From the NCBI GenBank assembly GCA_964016885.1, contig OZ024745.1:5146001-5210000 (forward strand): a stretch of DNA of 64,000 bases, given 5' to 3'. Positions 1-11,911 of the stretch are shown piece by piece. The notes under the pieces were generated by a model. That model had not been told where the DNA came from. It was given only the letters and a program-made list of their open reading frames with translations, and did no database searches. The number at the start of each line of letters is the position of its first letter. The stretch's first letter is position 1. The position numbers and the translations under genes are program-made. This DNA is from Eledone cirrhosa (lineage: Eukaryota).

Positions 1-253
1 TATATATATATATACATCATCATCATCATCATCGTTTGGGTTAGATAGGTTTGTCCCATTTGAGGCAAGTTGGGTCGGATGACTGTGCATTAATGAGACT
101 GAATCTGAATTATGAACTCTTTTTAGTGAAAATATATTGCTGCAGCACATCTACCAGTCATTAGTTATTCTAAATAATATATGGTTGATGTTAGCAAGAA
201 CATCTAGCTGTAGAAAGGGAGCTGAGATAGAGATCCATATGAGCAAGACATGG

Positions 254-290
254 TCTCCTGACCTGACCTGACCTGACCTGACCTGACCTG
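254..290. repeat. (CTGAC)n pentanucleotide repeat inside a decayed LINE/SINE 3' tail
   Basis: ctgacctgacctgacc... flanked by tail-like sequence (aacatctagctgtagaa...cccatctaaccc). Confidence 0.8.
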
Positions 291-417
291 TTCTGACAAC
301 CCATCTAACCCAGCAAGACAAAGTCTCTGACCTGACCTGTTTCTTGACAATCCATTAGATGATGCTGAATGTCATAATATATTATATTTGGCTACACAAA
401 AATATATTTTGATATCA

Positions 418-580
418 TTATCGGCAGAAGATCGGACGTCATGCTTAGACGCATAGAGTTACGGCCCTTTCCATTCTGAGTTCAAAACCCGCCGAGGTCA
501 ACTTTGCCTTTCATCCTTACGGGGTCGATAAAATAAAGTAGCAGTAATTGCTGGCCTTGTGTCAAAAGTAGAAACAATTA
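418..580 (+). mobile_element. tRNA-derived SINE, family A (decayed)
   Basis: B-box-like gagttcaaaacccgcc, central gcctttcatccttacggggtcgataaaataaagta, 3' ggccttgtg...gtagaaacaatta; matches other copies in the window. Confidence 0.8.
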
Positions 581-593
581 TTTTCTATTGTTT

Positions 594-930
594 ACCACCA
601 CCACCAACACCACCACCACCACCACCACACCACAACCACCGCCACCACACCACCATCACCACCACACCACCACCACCACCACCACACCACAACCACCGCC
701 ACCACACTACCATCACCGCCACACCACCACCACCACCACCACCACCACCAACACCAACACCACCACCACCACTGCGACCATCACCACACCTACCATCACC
801 ACCACCAACACCACCGCCATCAGCAAAACCACCACCACCACCACCACCACCACCACCACTGCCACCACCACCACCACCACCACTGCCACCACCACCACCA
901 CCACCATCATCACCACCACCACCATCATCA
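594..930. repeat. (CCA)n degenerate trinucleotide repeat
   Basis: direct reading; explains the poly-Pro/Thr/His ORFs. Confidence 0.95.
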
Positions 931-1028
931 TTTAATGTATGAAATCACAAATAAATCACTTGAACTGTTTCTATATTTGTTTTATTGATATAAAGTTTTG
1001 ATATTTTTTTACAACGGACATTTTCCAG

Positions 1029-1088
1029 GAATTAGAACAGTCCTACAAAACTGACAAGGTTCATCTTGAACAGCTCCATGATAAACAG
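1029..1088 (+). CDS. CEP112: Internal coding exon of CEP112-like coiled-coil gene (ELEQSYKTDKVHLEQLHDKQ)
   Basis: ttttccAG acceptor at 1027-1028, GTaaac donor at 1089; 60 nt, phase 0/0; resembles recalled human CEP112 segment DQENKFQMEKSHLKHIYEKK. Confidence 0.8.
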
Positions 1089-1249
1089 GTAAACATTGTC
1101 TTATTACCTTAAACTACAATGTTACTAGAAACAATGGCCACCAAAACTACCAACACTGCAATCTGTATTATCTGGCTTTGCTGTTGATATTAACATATAT
1201 ATAAATAGACTAACTCAGGCAAGCATGGTAATATATATATATATATAAA

Positions 1250-1780
1250 CGGAAAAAATGAATCGAAATTTCATTTCTCACTCTTAGTACGGCTGTTACT
1301 CAAATATAAGTATGTATACGTACATACATATATGTATACAGACGTACAGTAGTATGTATATATATATATATACATGCACACATATATATATGTACGTATG
1401 GATTCACCGAACATTTATTATAATAACCCCGACCGATTAACTCACTCGATATGCAAATTAGGCTGCTCAGCTGTTAATATGCATAAGGAAAGTATATACT
1501 TTCAGACGTTCAATCATCTGGCAGGAAGGTATACGTTGCTGATGATAGCTAATAAGCTTGAAACTAGTACAGTGTTCCTTTGTCAGTGTTGAATAAATGA
1601 GCAACGATGGTTGCTAGACACTGTACGGCTTAATTCGGGATGTTTGTTTACAAACACACCGAGCATTATAATAAATGTTCGGTGAATCCATACGTACATA
1701 TATATATGTGTGCATGTATGTATATATATATATACATACTACTGTACGTCTGTATACATATATGTATGTACGTATACATA

Positions 1781-1787
<7 letters not shown>
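1250..1787. mobile_element. Penelope-like pseudo-LTR remnant with partial inverted copy (arms 1304-1424 and 1665-1787)
   Basis: near-perfect inverted arms, hammerhead in the spacer, (TA)n on both sides; homologous to 44035-44482. Confidence 0.7.
1534..1574 (+). ncRNA. Minimal type I hammerhead ribozyme
   Basis: CGTTG-CTGATGA-T.AGCT.aata.AGCT.T-GAAA-CTAG-TA^-CAGTG; palindromic stem III ACTAGT; GUA cleavage triplet. Confidence 0.85.
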
Positions 1788-1822
<35 letters not shown>

Positions 1823-1864
1823 TTCAAAATATTAACAAAATAGATATTCTTGTGATCAAGTATA

Positions 1865-1927
1865 TTTTATTATACATATTTCAGAGGTACTGAGTTAACT
1901 TCAACAGTACATCCTCATCAGATAAAA
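1865..1927 (-). ncRNA. Type I hammerhead ribozyme (left arm)
   Basis: minus strand TTTTAT-CTGATGA-GGATGTACTG...CAGTACCTCT-GAAA-TATGTA-TA^-ATAAAA; stem I TTTTAT/ATAAAA, stem II GTACTG/CAGTAC. Confidence 0.7.
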
Positions 1928-2017
1928 TAAGATGATGCATGACATACCCTGACATAGTAGATGGTTAAGATTCAGTCATGGTAGTGAGTAATATATGACA
2001 AAACTCAATATTTATAT

Positions 2018-2080
2018 TTTTATCTGATGAGGACGTACTGTTGAAGTTAACTCAGAACCTCTGAAATATGTATAATAAAA
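2018..2080 (+). ncRNA. Type I hammerhead ribozyme (right arm)
   Basis: same fold as 1865-1927 with one stem II mismatch. Confidence 0.65.
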
Positions 2081-2354
2081 TATACTTGATCACAAGAATA
2101 TCTATTTTGTTAATATTTTGAATTAATATTAATAACTCTGGAAAATCTTTTGACTGTTGAGTGCTTCCAATCTATTGTAAAACCCATTCTTTGATTTATT
2201 CATTGAACCTTGTTTAACTTTTAAATATATATATATATATATATATAGGAAAAAGTAGGGTTCATACTTTTTCCTATTTCCCACTCTACTACCCTAAGTA
2301 TTGAGTACTCTGGTGCATTATGATCCATCTGGTTCCTTACCACAATTCTTTTGT

Positions 2355-2385
<31 letters not shown>

Positions 2386-2492
2386 AGACAGCCTCCAAAA
2401 GTAATGGTTGCATTTTAAAAGGGTATGTCAAAGCTATTTGTAAAACTGTTATATATTGTATTTTGTCTGATGAAGGCATACCATAATTTAAT

Positions 2493-2539
<47 letters not shown>

Positions 2540-2547
<8 letters not shown>

Positions 2548-2861
2548 ATACTTTGGGAGGGTCATGTTGCCAATAAGAAACACACGCACCAGTTGCTTTC
2601 ACTTCAATTTAATTTATTATATATTTATAAATTTACAAATTTATAAATTTCTGGTTGGTTGGTTGGTTCCACAACCAGATAGTTGTTTATATATATATAT
2701 ATATATATATATAAACAACTATCTGGTTGTGGAACCAACCAACCAACCAGAAATTTATAAATTTGTAAATTTATAAATATATAATAAATTAAATTGAAGT
2801 GAAAGCAACTGGTGCGTGTGTTTCTTATTGGCAACATGACCCTCCCAAAGTATAACAATAT
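2540..2861. repeat. Perfect ~320-bp palindrome centred on (TA)n
   Basis: the two arms are exact reverse complements; identical ORF peptides on both strands. Confidence 0.95.
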
Positions 2862-2920
2862 CGGTTTCAACACACGATTTCAGATAAAGAATCTTGCTAA
2901 ACAAATTCAATTCAGAAACG

Positions 2921-2992
<72 letters not shown>

Positions 2993-2994
<2 letters not shown>

Positions 2995-3340
2995 AGGCAC
3001 ATGGCTTAGTGGTTAGATCATTGGCCTTGAAATCGAAAGGTGAGTTCAATTCCCAGACCGGGTGATGTGTTGTTTCCTTGAGCAAGACACTTTATTTCAC
3101 ATTGCTCCAGTTTACTCAGCTGTAGAAATGAGATGATAGGGACTGGGGTCCCTATCATTCCACTGCAAAGTGGTCGTGGAGGTGTCACGGCAAAAAAGCA
3201 CCCAGCACTCACTGTAAATGAGGTTGGTGTTAGGAAGGGCATCCAGCTGTAGAAATCAAGCCAGAATCAGTTCCCGTCCCACTCTTGCAAGCAGGGAAAA
3301 GTGGACGTAAAATGAAATGATGATGTAAATGATGAATGAT
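2993..3340 (+). mobile_element. tRNA-derived SINE, family B, with RTE-LINE-derived 3' tail
   Basis: A-box tggcttagtgg, B-box gagttcaattccc, central tccttgagcaagacacttta, tail ggaagggcatccagctgtagaaa...gacgtaaaatg(atg)n. Confidence 0.85.
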
Positions 3341-3760
3341 GATATATACAATACAATATGAAACGAAAGGAGCTGTATGGTTACTAAAAACAAGGTTTAG
3401 GATGGTCGTTAGGACGGAACAGGAAGGAGTTTCCATCGTCAGCTGTAAATGTTTCGGCGCTGAATTACAGGACATCGGTGTAGTTCGGGTGCACCTGAGG
3501 CCTTTTATTAATCAAAAGACCAAGTGGAAAAGGAGAGAGAAAGAGAGAAAAAAAGAGAGAGAAAAGGAAAGAGAGGGAAAGGAGGAAGAACAGGGGAAAA
3601 AAGATGAGGAGAGAGGAAGAAAGGGGGAAGGGAAAGAGGGGAAAAATAGGAAAGGAATAGAAGAAAAAAAGTGTAGAGGTCCCATCGTGGGAAGACACTG
3701 GTGAAAGAAACATGCAAAAAAGTAAGTTGTGGCCAGCCTGAGAGACTTTAGCCTGGTGGT

Positions 3761-4908
3761 CATCATTATCGTTTAACGTCCATCTTTCACGCTAACATGG
3801 GTTGGACGGGTTTGTCCCACTTGAGGCAAGATTGGTTGGGTGACCGTGTCTCGCTTGTACAGAACCATTTCTGGCTGGTTTTCTATGGCTGGATGCCCCT
3901 CCTAACAGCAACCACATTTATAGTGTGGACTGGGAGTCTTTTTAGCGTGTCATCTACACGACCACTTTAGAGTGGACGGAAGAGGGAGGATGGAATAGGG
4001 TGTGTGTGGGGTGAGGTGTATATTGGGTTAAGAGGGGCCTACTGACTGTAGGTTTAAGTTTGTATGTAAGGGAAGGCGAGTCTTCTGTATAACTGCATAG
4101 CGCCAAAGATCTCGATCCAGTGATATTGTCTTAGAGAGTTGTAAGTGAGCAAGGTCAGTTTTTATCACCTCGTCCCAGGTTTTTCTTGATCTACCCACTC
4201 CAGAGCTTCCATCAATGTTCACTGCTCTGCACTTTTTTATACAGCTGTTGTCCTTCATATGCATCACATGTCCATACCAACACAATCTCTTCTGCCCACA
4301 ACATTTGATACCTCTTATGCTTAGTCTCTCTCTCAATTTGCTGTTCGCGCACATTACTATTACACATCCATCGGAGCATGCAAGCTTCATTTCTTTCTAA
4401 TCTATCAAGTCTTCAGCACACAACGCCCAGGTCTCACTACCATGTAACATTGCTATTCGTATACAAGTATCATACAATCTGCCTTTCATTTTTAGAGAGA
4501 AACCCTTTGTGGCCAACAGCAGTATTAGCTCTCTAAACTTTTTCCATCCCGTTCTAACTCTGGCTACTGTACATTTAGAGCACCCTCCACCACTGCTGAT
4601 TTTGTCACCCAGGTAACAGAAGGTGTCCACTATTTCTGTAGAACCATCTGGGCAGTAGAAGGAAATAGCATTCAGTGGGTCCTTGCTACTTACTGCACCT
4701 GAGCATCGGCCACATTTAAATCTACATTCTTAGATAGCTTACCTGTGATCTCACTACATCTTTTATGTACCCATAGTTTGCATTTGGGACATAGAATGGA
4801 GTTTCTGCCTACTACTTTCCTACACACGGAGCATGGCCATTTCCCAGTGGGCACCTGTGCCCTATTTTCCTTTCTACATACCAGAACTTTAGTTTTAGAC
4901 AAGTTAAC
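3761..4908 (-). mobile_element. 5'-truncated, frameshifted RTE-clade LINE
   Basis: KTKVLV, WPCSVCRK, FCYLGD, MLHGSETW, GRSRKTW motifs; 3' UTR and (GAT)n tail. Confidence 0.9.
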
Positions 4909-6206
4909 TAAAATATGGTAGATTTAGTGGTAGAACAAGTTGATGTAAGCCTCAGTTATTCACCTCACTGCTATAGTTAACAAAGGCTACTATCGTTGAC
5001 ATTATTACTAACTCTGCATGGCTCACTGGTTAGGCTGTTTCATTCCCAGCAGTTCATTGTGTCCTTGAGCAAGACACTTTACTTTATGTTACTTCAGTTC
5101 ATTCAGTTGTACATGTAGTGCCAGCCTGTGTCATACTGTGTCATGCTGAATCTCCCTGACATCTGTGGAATGCTCAGTCACTAGAACAAGTGGACACATA
5201 ACATTCATTGTTGTAACCGATGGAGCACCAACGAAACACACATCACCACCACCACCAACATACACACACATCTACATACATACAGATACAGAAACATACA
5301 CACACATACAGACAGAGAAACATACACATCTACACACATACACACACAGACAAACATATACACATATCTACACACACACGCAAACATACTTTCATCTTTA
5401 TTCACACACACATACATTCCCTCTCATGTACAATCACACTCATACAAATATACACACACATATACACCTCCCCACATATATACATACACACTCTCTCTTA
5501 TACACAATCACACACATACAAACACTCACACAGATCTCTCTGTATGTCTCAAGACATCATCTAAATAGTGTGATTTACTGATAAAATCTTTGCTAATTTC
5601 TACAGATGGAAGTTTTCTTATCTTTTGGTCAGTAGAAAACCCTCCTTGGTTCTAAATATAGAGTTACCTAGGTAACATAACTCACTGCTTCAACAGACCT
5701 CCCCCTCCTCCCCCTTACAACACTAAACTGAGAATCATACTTTATTACAGGTGTTTTAAAGAACAACTTTCTTCATGTTACATGTGTCAGATGTGGTGAA
5801 AACAATAGCACTACTTCCAGATTATAAGCTTGGACCCTGATTATCATCATCATCTAATGTACTATCAAGGGTTGGCTGGTTCTTTACAGACCAGATCAGC
5901 ACTCAAGCAGAGCTACTGATTTCTTGGATGCACACACTCACACACACACATGTACACATACTCTCTCCCCCACACATATAATACACATATGTACATACAC
6001 ACTCTCTCTTTCATTCACAATCACACTCATACAAACACACTCACACACACACATAAATGTTACATCTTATTTACATATGTTCCCGTGCTCTACTAAGAGT
6101 ATTTTATTGTGGCACCAGTACTGGGGAGGTTGTCTTTGGTACAGCTCACAAGTCCTTCTAATCCTCTTTTGGCAGCTTTTCTATGGCTGGATGTTCTTCC
6201 TATCAT

Positions 6207-7346
6207 CACGGTTCTAGGACAGCATTCCTCACCGTATGAGATGTCATCTGGTGTACCACAGGGATCTGTCCTTGGTCCCCTTTTGTTTCTTGCATATATT
6301 AATGACATAGATGCCAACTTAAAGAATGCCACAGTACTGAAATATGCAGATGACATCAAGCTGTACCTTGAGATAAAAAGGACAGAACCTGAACACTATA
6401 GATCTTTCCTGCAATCTGACCTGGACACAATGCAACAATGGATCTCAGACTAGCAACTCAAGCTGGCTGTGGACAAGTGCACCACCATGCATTTTGGGAG
6501 GAAAAACCCAGCGTCCACATACTCCCTCCACTAATATGAAGAAGTCTTCTTGTGAACGTGATCTGGGCATTACGGTCAGCAGCAATTTGCGTTGGACGAA
6601 GCACGTCTCTAAAATTGTCAAGAAGGCTGAGGGTGTCTTAGCATCACTCAGCAAGACCTTTGTCAGCCACTCTCCAGCTATCTATTTAAAGCTGTATATA
6701 GCTATGGTGTGGCCACACTTAGAATTTGCATCACCAGTCTGGAACCCCTATCTTGCTCAGAACATTGACCTCCTGGAAACTGTTCAGAGACGTGCAACCA
6801 AGCGAATACCCTCCATCAGGCATCTACCATACTCTGAATGCCTTGCTTCCCTGGGCATGGATACATTGAAGCTCCGACATCTGACAACTGATTTGGTAAA
6901 CACCCACAAAGTTATTAGCCATCTTGCCAACAACAACCCTGAGCACCTTTTTGAATTCCATGTGTCTAACACCCATGGGCATGCCAACAAAGTCAGAAAA
7001 CAGCACGGCTAGCTCCCATGACTTTCGGAAACATTTTTTTCACGCTCAGAGTTGTTGAAGCATGGTTAAACTACCTGCATCAGTTATTAGCTGCCGAGAC
7101 ACTGCATCTTTTAAAATCTCCATGCTTCCTGAGATTTGTCAACACTACACCTGATATTCCCCCTCCATATAAATACACACACGTATATCATGAATCATAC
7201 ACTGTTAATTTTACTGACATTTGTACATTATTCTATGTAGTGCACCTGTATTGTCATGTATTATTCTGTATTGTCCTTAATGTCTTACTTTGTGTAAACC
7301 CTTGTGGTTAATAAAGAAAGCATTATTATTATTATTATTATTATTA
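6207..7346 (+). mobile_element. 5'-truncated CR1-clade LINE
   Basis: SGVPQGSVLGPLLF, YADD, ERDLG, PHLEFASPVWNP, LETVQRRATK; stops and frameshifts; (TTA)n tail. Confidence 0.9.
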
Positions 7347-7367
7347 TCATGTAATCACCACCACAAT

Positions 7368-7545
7368 CAGCTAACTCACATGATCCTAAATCTAACACCC
7401 TAACCACTAGGCCACACAGCTAACCCACATGATCCTAAATCTAACACCCTAACCACTAGGCCACACAGCTAACCCACATGATCCTAAATCTAACACCCTA
7501 ACCACTAGGCCACACAGCTAATCCACATGATCCTAAGTCCAACAT
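7368..7545. repeat. Minisatellite, ~49-bp unit, ~3.5 copies
   Basis: cagctaacccacatgatcctaaatctaacaccctaaccactaggccaca repeated. Confidence 0.9.
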
Positions 7546-7604
7546 TTGAGTTATCATCTTTAAGGAATATTTCAAGCATTGATTTTACATTGATATTTTT
7601 GCAG

Positions 7605-7684
7605 GTTCAATCATTTGAGAATGAATTATCAGAAAATGAAATCAAATATCTTAAATCAATACAAAAACTAGAGACATTGATCAG
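7605..7684 (+). CDS. CEP112: Internal coding exon of CEP112-like gene (VQSFENELSENEIKYLKSIQKLETLI-R)
   Basis: tttttgcAG / GTaaat; 80 nt, phase 0/2; the terminal AG completes an Arg codon with the first G of the next exon. Confidence 0.82.
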
Positions 7685-7946
7685 GTAAATATATATTTAA
7701 ACTATTGATATCGTGATTCAGACTTGTGCCTTGGATGAGAACTTGGTGTAAATCTCAGGGTGATTTGTGACTGAAGGGTGTGGTGACCCTCTTATATGGA
7801 CATTGTCGTCAACTGTAGAAACTACTCTCAAAATTCAACTATTTCAATGAGATGTGGTTATCTGTCCCATCTAGGAAAGCAGTAACTTCAAATAAAGACT
7901 GGTTTAAATTGTAACAGCCCAAGCCATGTCACCAACGCTGGTGTAC

Positions 7947-8014
<68 letters not shown>

Positions 8015-8151
8015 ATTTCGTATTTCTTTAGATTTCTTTATATAGATAAACATTTAGAAAACCATAGCTATGCAAAAACACCAGCAGCTATCGCCAACTG
8101 GTGGTGTACAGCAGAAACAAGGGGGATAATTGTTGATGCATTTTAAACAAG

Positions 8152-8512
8152 AACTGGTGCTCATCAGGACGATCCCTCTTGCAACTGCTGGACTTGAAAA
8201 CAGGTGAAAATATATAGTCTGTGTAAATGAGGTTGTTAATCTGTTTTCAAGTCCAGCAGTTGCAAGAGGGATCATCCTGATGACAACCAGTTCAGTGTAG
8301 TAACATGTGCTTACGCCATATTTGACTAAATTAGTCTGTTAGTTGGGATAGTCTGAATGGAAAAGAAGGATGAGTATTGACATACATGGGAGACAAACCT
8401 ACATCTTTGGTTTGCCGGATCAATGTGTTACCATTACACAGAGGGTTTTTTAAAATCCCAACTAACAGACTAATTCTATGTTGTCAAATATGGTGTAAGC
8501 ACATGTTACTAC
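8152..8512. repeat. Two adjacent inverted repeats (about 8152-8203/8241-8293 and 8297-8349/8455-8512)
   Basis: direct reverse-complement matches; the first pair contains CTGATGA. Confidence 0.8.
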
Positions 8513-8942
8513 TTGATATATGTATATATATATCAGTGAAGTATATTTCTAATGACTTGATTTTTTATTTCATTGTTTTAACTTATATCATGACTCTGTT
8601 TTCCTTTTAATGTTTTATTGTTTTCTGTGATTTATTTAAACCTACAACATTTTCAACATATGGATTACATTGAGTTCTTCATGCAGACTAGACCCCACAA
8701 CTTACCGTGGATATCTGTGTGTATATATATATATATGTGTGTGTGTGTGTATGTGTATGTCCATACCACTAGGCACTGCCTATCATTTCTCTATCCTCTC
8801 CCCTCCTCTCTTATCTTCTTTTTCATCATCTAGAGATGGCAACATCAATGGACCTGTTATTTTTCTCTAAAAAATGTTTTTTCTGTTTCCACCAGTGCTT
8901 GTCTCCTCAAACTTTCTATTTTGTCTTTAATTTCTCATTCTA

Positions 8943-8978
8943 TTTTCTGATGAAGGACTAGCATCCGAAACGTTAAGA
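8943..8978 (+). ncRNA. Minimal type I hammerhead ribozyme
   Basis: TTTT-CTGATGA-A-GGA.ctagca.TCC-GAAA-CG-TT^-AAGA; loopless palindromic stem III ACGT; weak 4-bp stem I. Confidence 0.7.
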
Positions 8979-9064
8979 CTCTTTTCCTACTATATCAAAT
9001 GTAAAACTAATAATATATTTTTACATTGTACTGTGTCGTTTCTTTGTAATTTCTGCTTGCCTTT

Positions 9065-9115
<51 letters not shown>

Positions 9116-9258
9116 CATCATCATCATCACCTTCATCATCATCGTTTAAAGTCTATCTTCCATGCTATCACGGGTGTTTGTATATATATATATATATATA
9201 GGAAAAGAGTCAGGATCCCAACGGCTGATCTCCAGCCGTTTAGACAGTTAGATCCGAA

Positions 9259-9297
<39 letters not shown>

Positions 9298-9340
9298 CAC
9301 ACACACACATACATGTGTGTGTGTTTATGTGTATGTACAT

Positions 9341-9612
9341 ATAATAATGAAATTATTGTGTAAAGTGCTCCGGTGCACTACAACTCGTCAAAGGTGTATG
9401 TATAGTACATAGAATAATACACAAATGTCGGGGAAGTGAATAGTGTATGAGTCATGGTATACATGTGTGTATGTGTATGGAGGGGGAACATTAGGTGTAG
9501 TGTTGGCGAATCTCGGGAAGCATGGAGGCCTTAAAAGATGCAGTGTCTCGGCAGCTAACAACCGATGCAGGTAGTTTGTTCCATGCTTCAGCAACTCTGA
9601 GCGTGAAAAAAT
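9341..9612 (-). mobile_element. 3' end of CR1 LINE (same family as 6207-7346)
   Basis: [27 protein letters not shown] plus homologous 3' UTR. Confidence 0.85.
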
Positions 9613-9639
9613 GTGTATTTATGTGTGTGTGTCGGTGTA

Positions 9640-9725
<86 letters not shown>

Positions 9726-9764
9726 TATATACATATATATGTGTATATATATATATATATACAT

Positions 9765-11415
9765 ATCATCATCATCATCATCATCAACGTTTAACGTCCG
9801 TGTTCCACGCTTGCATGGGTTTGGACGGGGGTTTTCCCACTTGAGGCAAGAGTGATTGTCTTGCTCGCATAGGACTGTCTGGCAGGTTTTCTACAGCTGG
9901 ATGCCCTTCCTAACACCAACCACATTTACAGTGTGGGGCTGGGAGGTTTTTACCGTGTTACCTACACGGCCACATTACAGCGTGGACTGTGTGTTTTTTT
10001 GTCGTGACACCTACACGATCTCATTTGTTTCGGCCTGGATGTTGTGGCACCAACATAACTTTGCATTGAAAGGGGCGGTGTGGATGGGGTGGGGGTGGTG
10101 GGACGGGGGTGTATTTTGTTAGAGATGCCTACTGACTGTAGTAGGTTTTACTTTGTATTTAGGTAAGGCGGGTCTTCTCTATTACTGAGTACCGCCAAAG
10201 GTCTCGGTCCAGTGACATTGTCTTGGAGAGGTGTAAGTGTGTGAGGTCGGAATTTATCAGCTCGTCCCAGGTTTTTCTGGGTCTGCCTACTCCGTAGCTA
10301 CCGTCTATCTTTATTGCCCTGCACTTTGTTATACAGCTGTCGTCTTTCATGCGCATCACGTGACCATACCAACGTAGCCTTCTCTCGAGTAAACAACATC
10401 TGATCCATCTTATTTCTAATTTTTTCCTTAGTTTGCTTATGCTTTGCCGTTCACGTATATTACTATTGCACATCCAGCGGAGCATGCAAGCTTCGTTCCT
10501 CTCTAGTCTGCGTATATCCTCTGCACACAATGCCCAGGTCTCACTGCCATGCAACATTGCTGTTCGTATGCAGGCATCATACAACCTGCCTTTCATTTTT
10601 AGGGAAAACCCTTTAGTGGCTAATAGTGGTATAAGCTCTCTGAACTTTTTCCATCCAGTTCTGACTCTAGCTACTGTACTTTCAGAGCACCCTCCCCCAC
10701 TGCTGATTTTGTCACCCAGGTAATGGAAGCTGTCCACTATTTCTATAGAACCCTCTGCGCAATTGAAAGAGCTAGTATTTTGTGGGCACTTGCTGCTACT
10801 TATTGCACCAGAGCACCGGCCACATGTAAAATCTATGTTCTTAGTTAGCTTACCTGTGATCCCACTACATCTTTTATGCACCCATACTTTGCATTTGGGA
10901 CATAAAATGGAGTTTCTACCTATGCCTTTCCTACACACTGAGCATGGCCATTTCCCAGATGGGAGCGGTGCCCTATTTTCCTTCCTACAAACTAGAACTT
11001 TAGTCTTAGACAGGTTAATTTTAAGGCCTTTTGATTCTAGGCCATGCTTCCATGTTTGGAATTTCTTCTCTAGTTCAGCCATTGATTCAACTATGAGCGT
11101 TAAATCATCTGCGTATAGGAGTTCCCATGGGGAGCCGGTCTTGAACTCTTCTGTTATAGCCTGAAGGGCAATAATAAATAGTAGGGGGCTAAGAACGGAG
11201 CCCTGATGAACACCAACTTTTACACTAAACTCTTCACTATATTCGTTGTTAATTCTAACCTTGCTGACTGTTTCTTTATACATGGCTTCTATAGCTCTCA
11301 CAGCCATTCATCAACACCTAGTTTTCTAAGAGCCCACCAGATAATGGAGCGGGGGACTCTGTCAAAGGCTTTCTCCAAGTCAACAAAAGCTAAGTATAGG
11401 GGTTTACTTTTAACT
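9765..11415 (-). mobile_element. 5'-truncated RTE-clade LINE with a 382-aa open RT fragment
   Basis: AFVDLEKAFDRVPR, GVHQGSVLSPLLF, LLYADDL, FHYLGD, GRPRKTW; (GAT)n tail; both ends abut (TA)n. Confidence 0.93.
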
Positions 11416-11449
11416 ATATATATATATATATATACACACATATATATGT

Positions 11450-11510
<61 letters not shown>

Positions 11511-11911
11511 CATATATATATGTGTATATATATATATATATATATACAATGATATTAAATAAATGTAACTTGTTGAGTATATAGCGGAGAACTCGTGTGT
11601 ATGAATGTAACAAGGAGACATGGTTTGTGTGTATAATATTTAATCAACAATTTAACAGTATAGTTGACATGTCAATGAATAAACGAAAGAATGAAACAAA
11701 GTTAGTAGTTACCGTTTTGATTGCCAGGCAAACGCGGCTGGCAGAAGACGCCTGGCGAAGGCCAGGCGCCGGAAGGGCAAATGAGAGAGTGAGAACTTAA
11801 AGTTGTTAGTTTTATAGGGTTCTGACCGGAAGTTACAGAAAGGGTTCTACTTCCCGTCTAGATGTTAATCTATTGGGGTTGTGAGTCACAACAAGGGAGG
11901 CAACTGCTACA

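Larger units (their letters stand above)
1816..2129. mobile_element. Inverted-repeat element (~113-bp arms, ~86-bp spacer), each arm carrying a hammerhead
   Basis: 1816-1929 is the reverse complement of 2016-2129 with few mismatches; begins at the end of a (TA)n tract. Confidence 0.8.

Noticed and set aside
559-942. Proline-rich extensin/formin-like ORF
   Set aside because: (CCA)n microsatellite, open in several frames
3400-3465. Minus-strand GAAACATTTA followed by CTGACGA (possible type II hammerhead)
   Set aside because: No room for stem I and no convincing stem II
3336-3704. Lys/Glu/Arg-rich ORF as a possible extra exon
   Set aside because: Low-complexity purine tract; the flanking exons already join in phase and match CEP112 without it
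7395-7505. Telomere-like ccctaa motifs
   Set aside because: A single occurrence per minisatellite unit, not a tandem telomeric array
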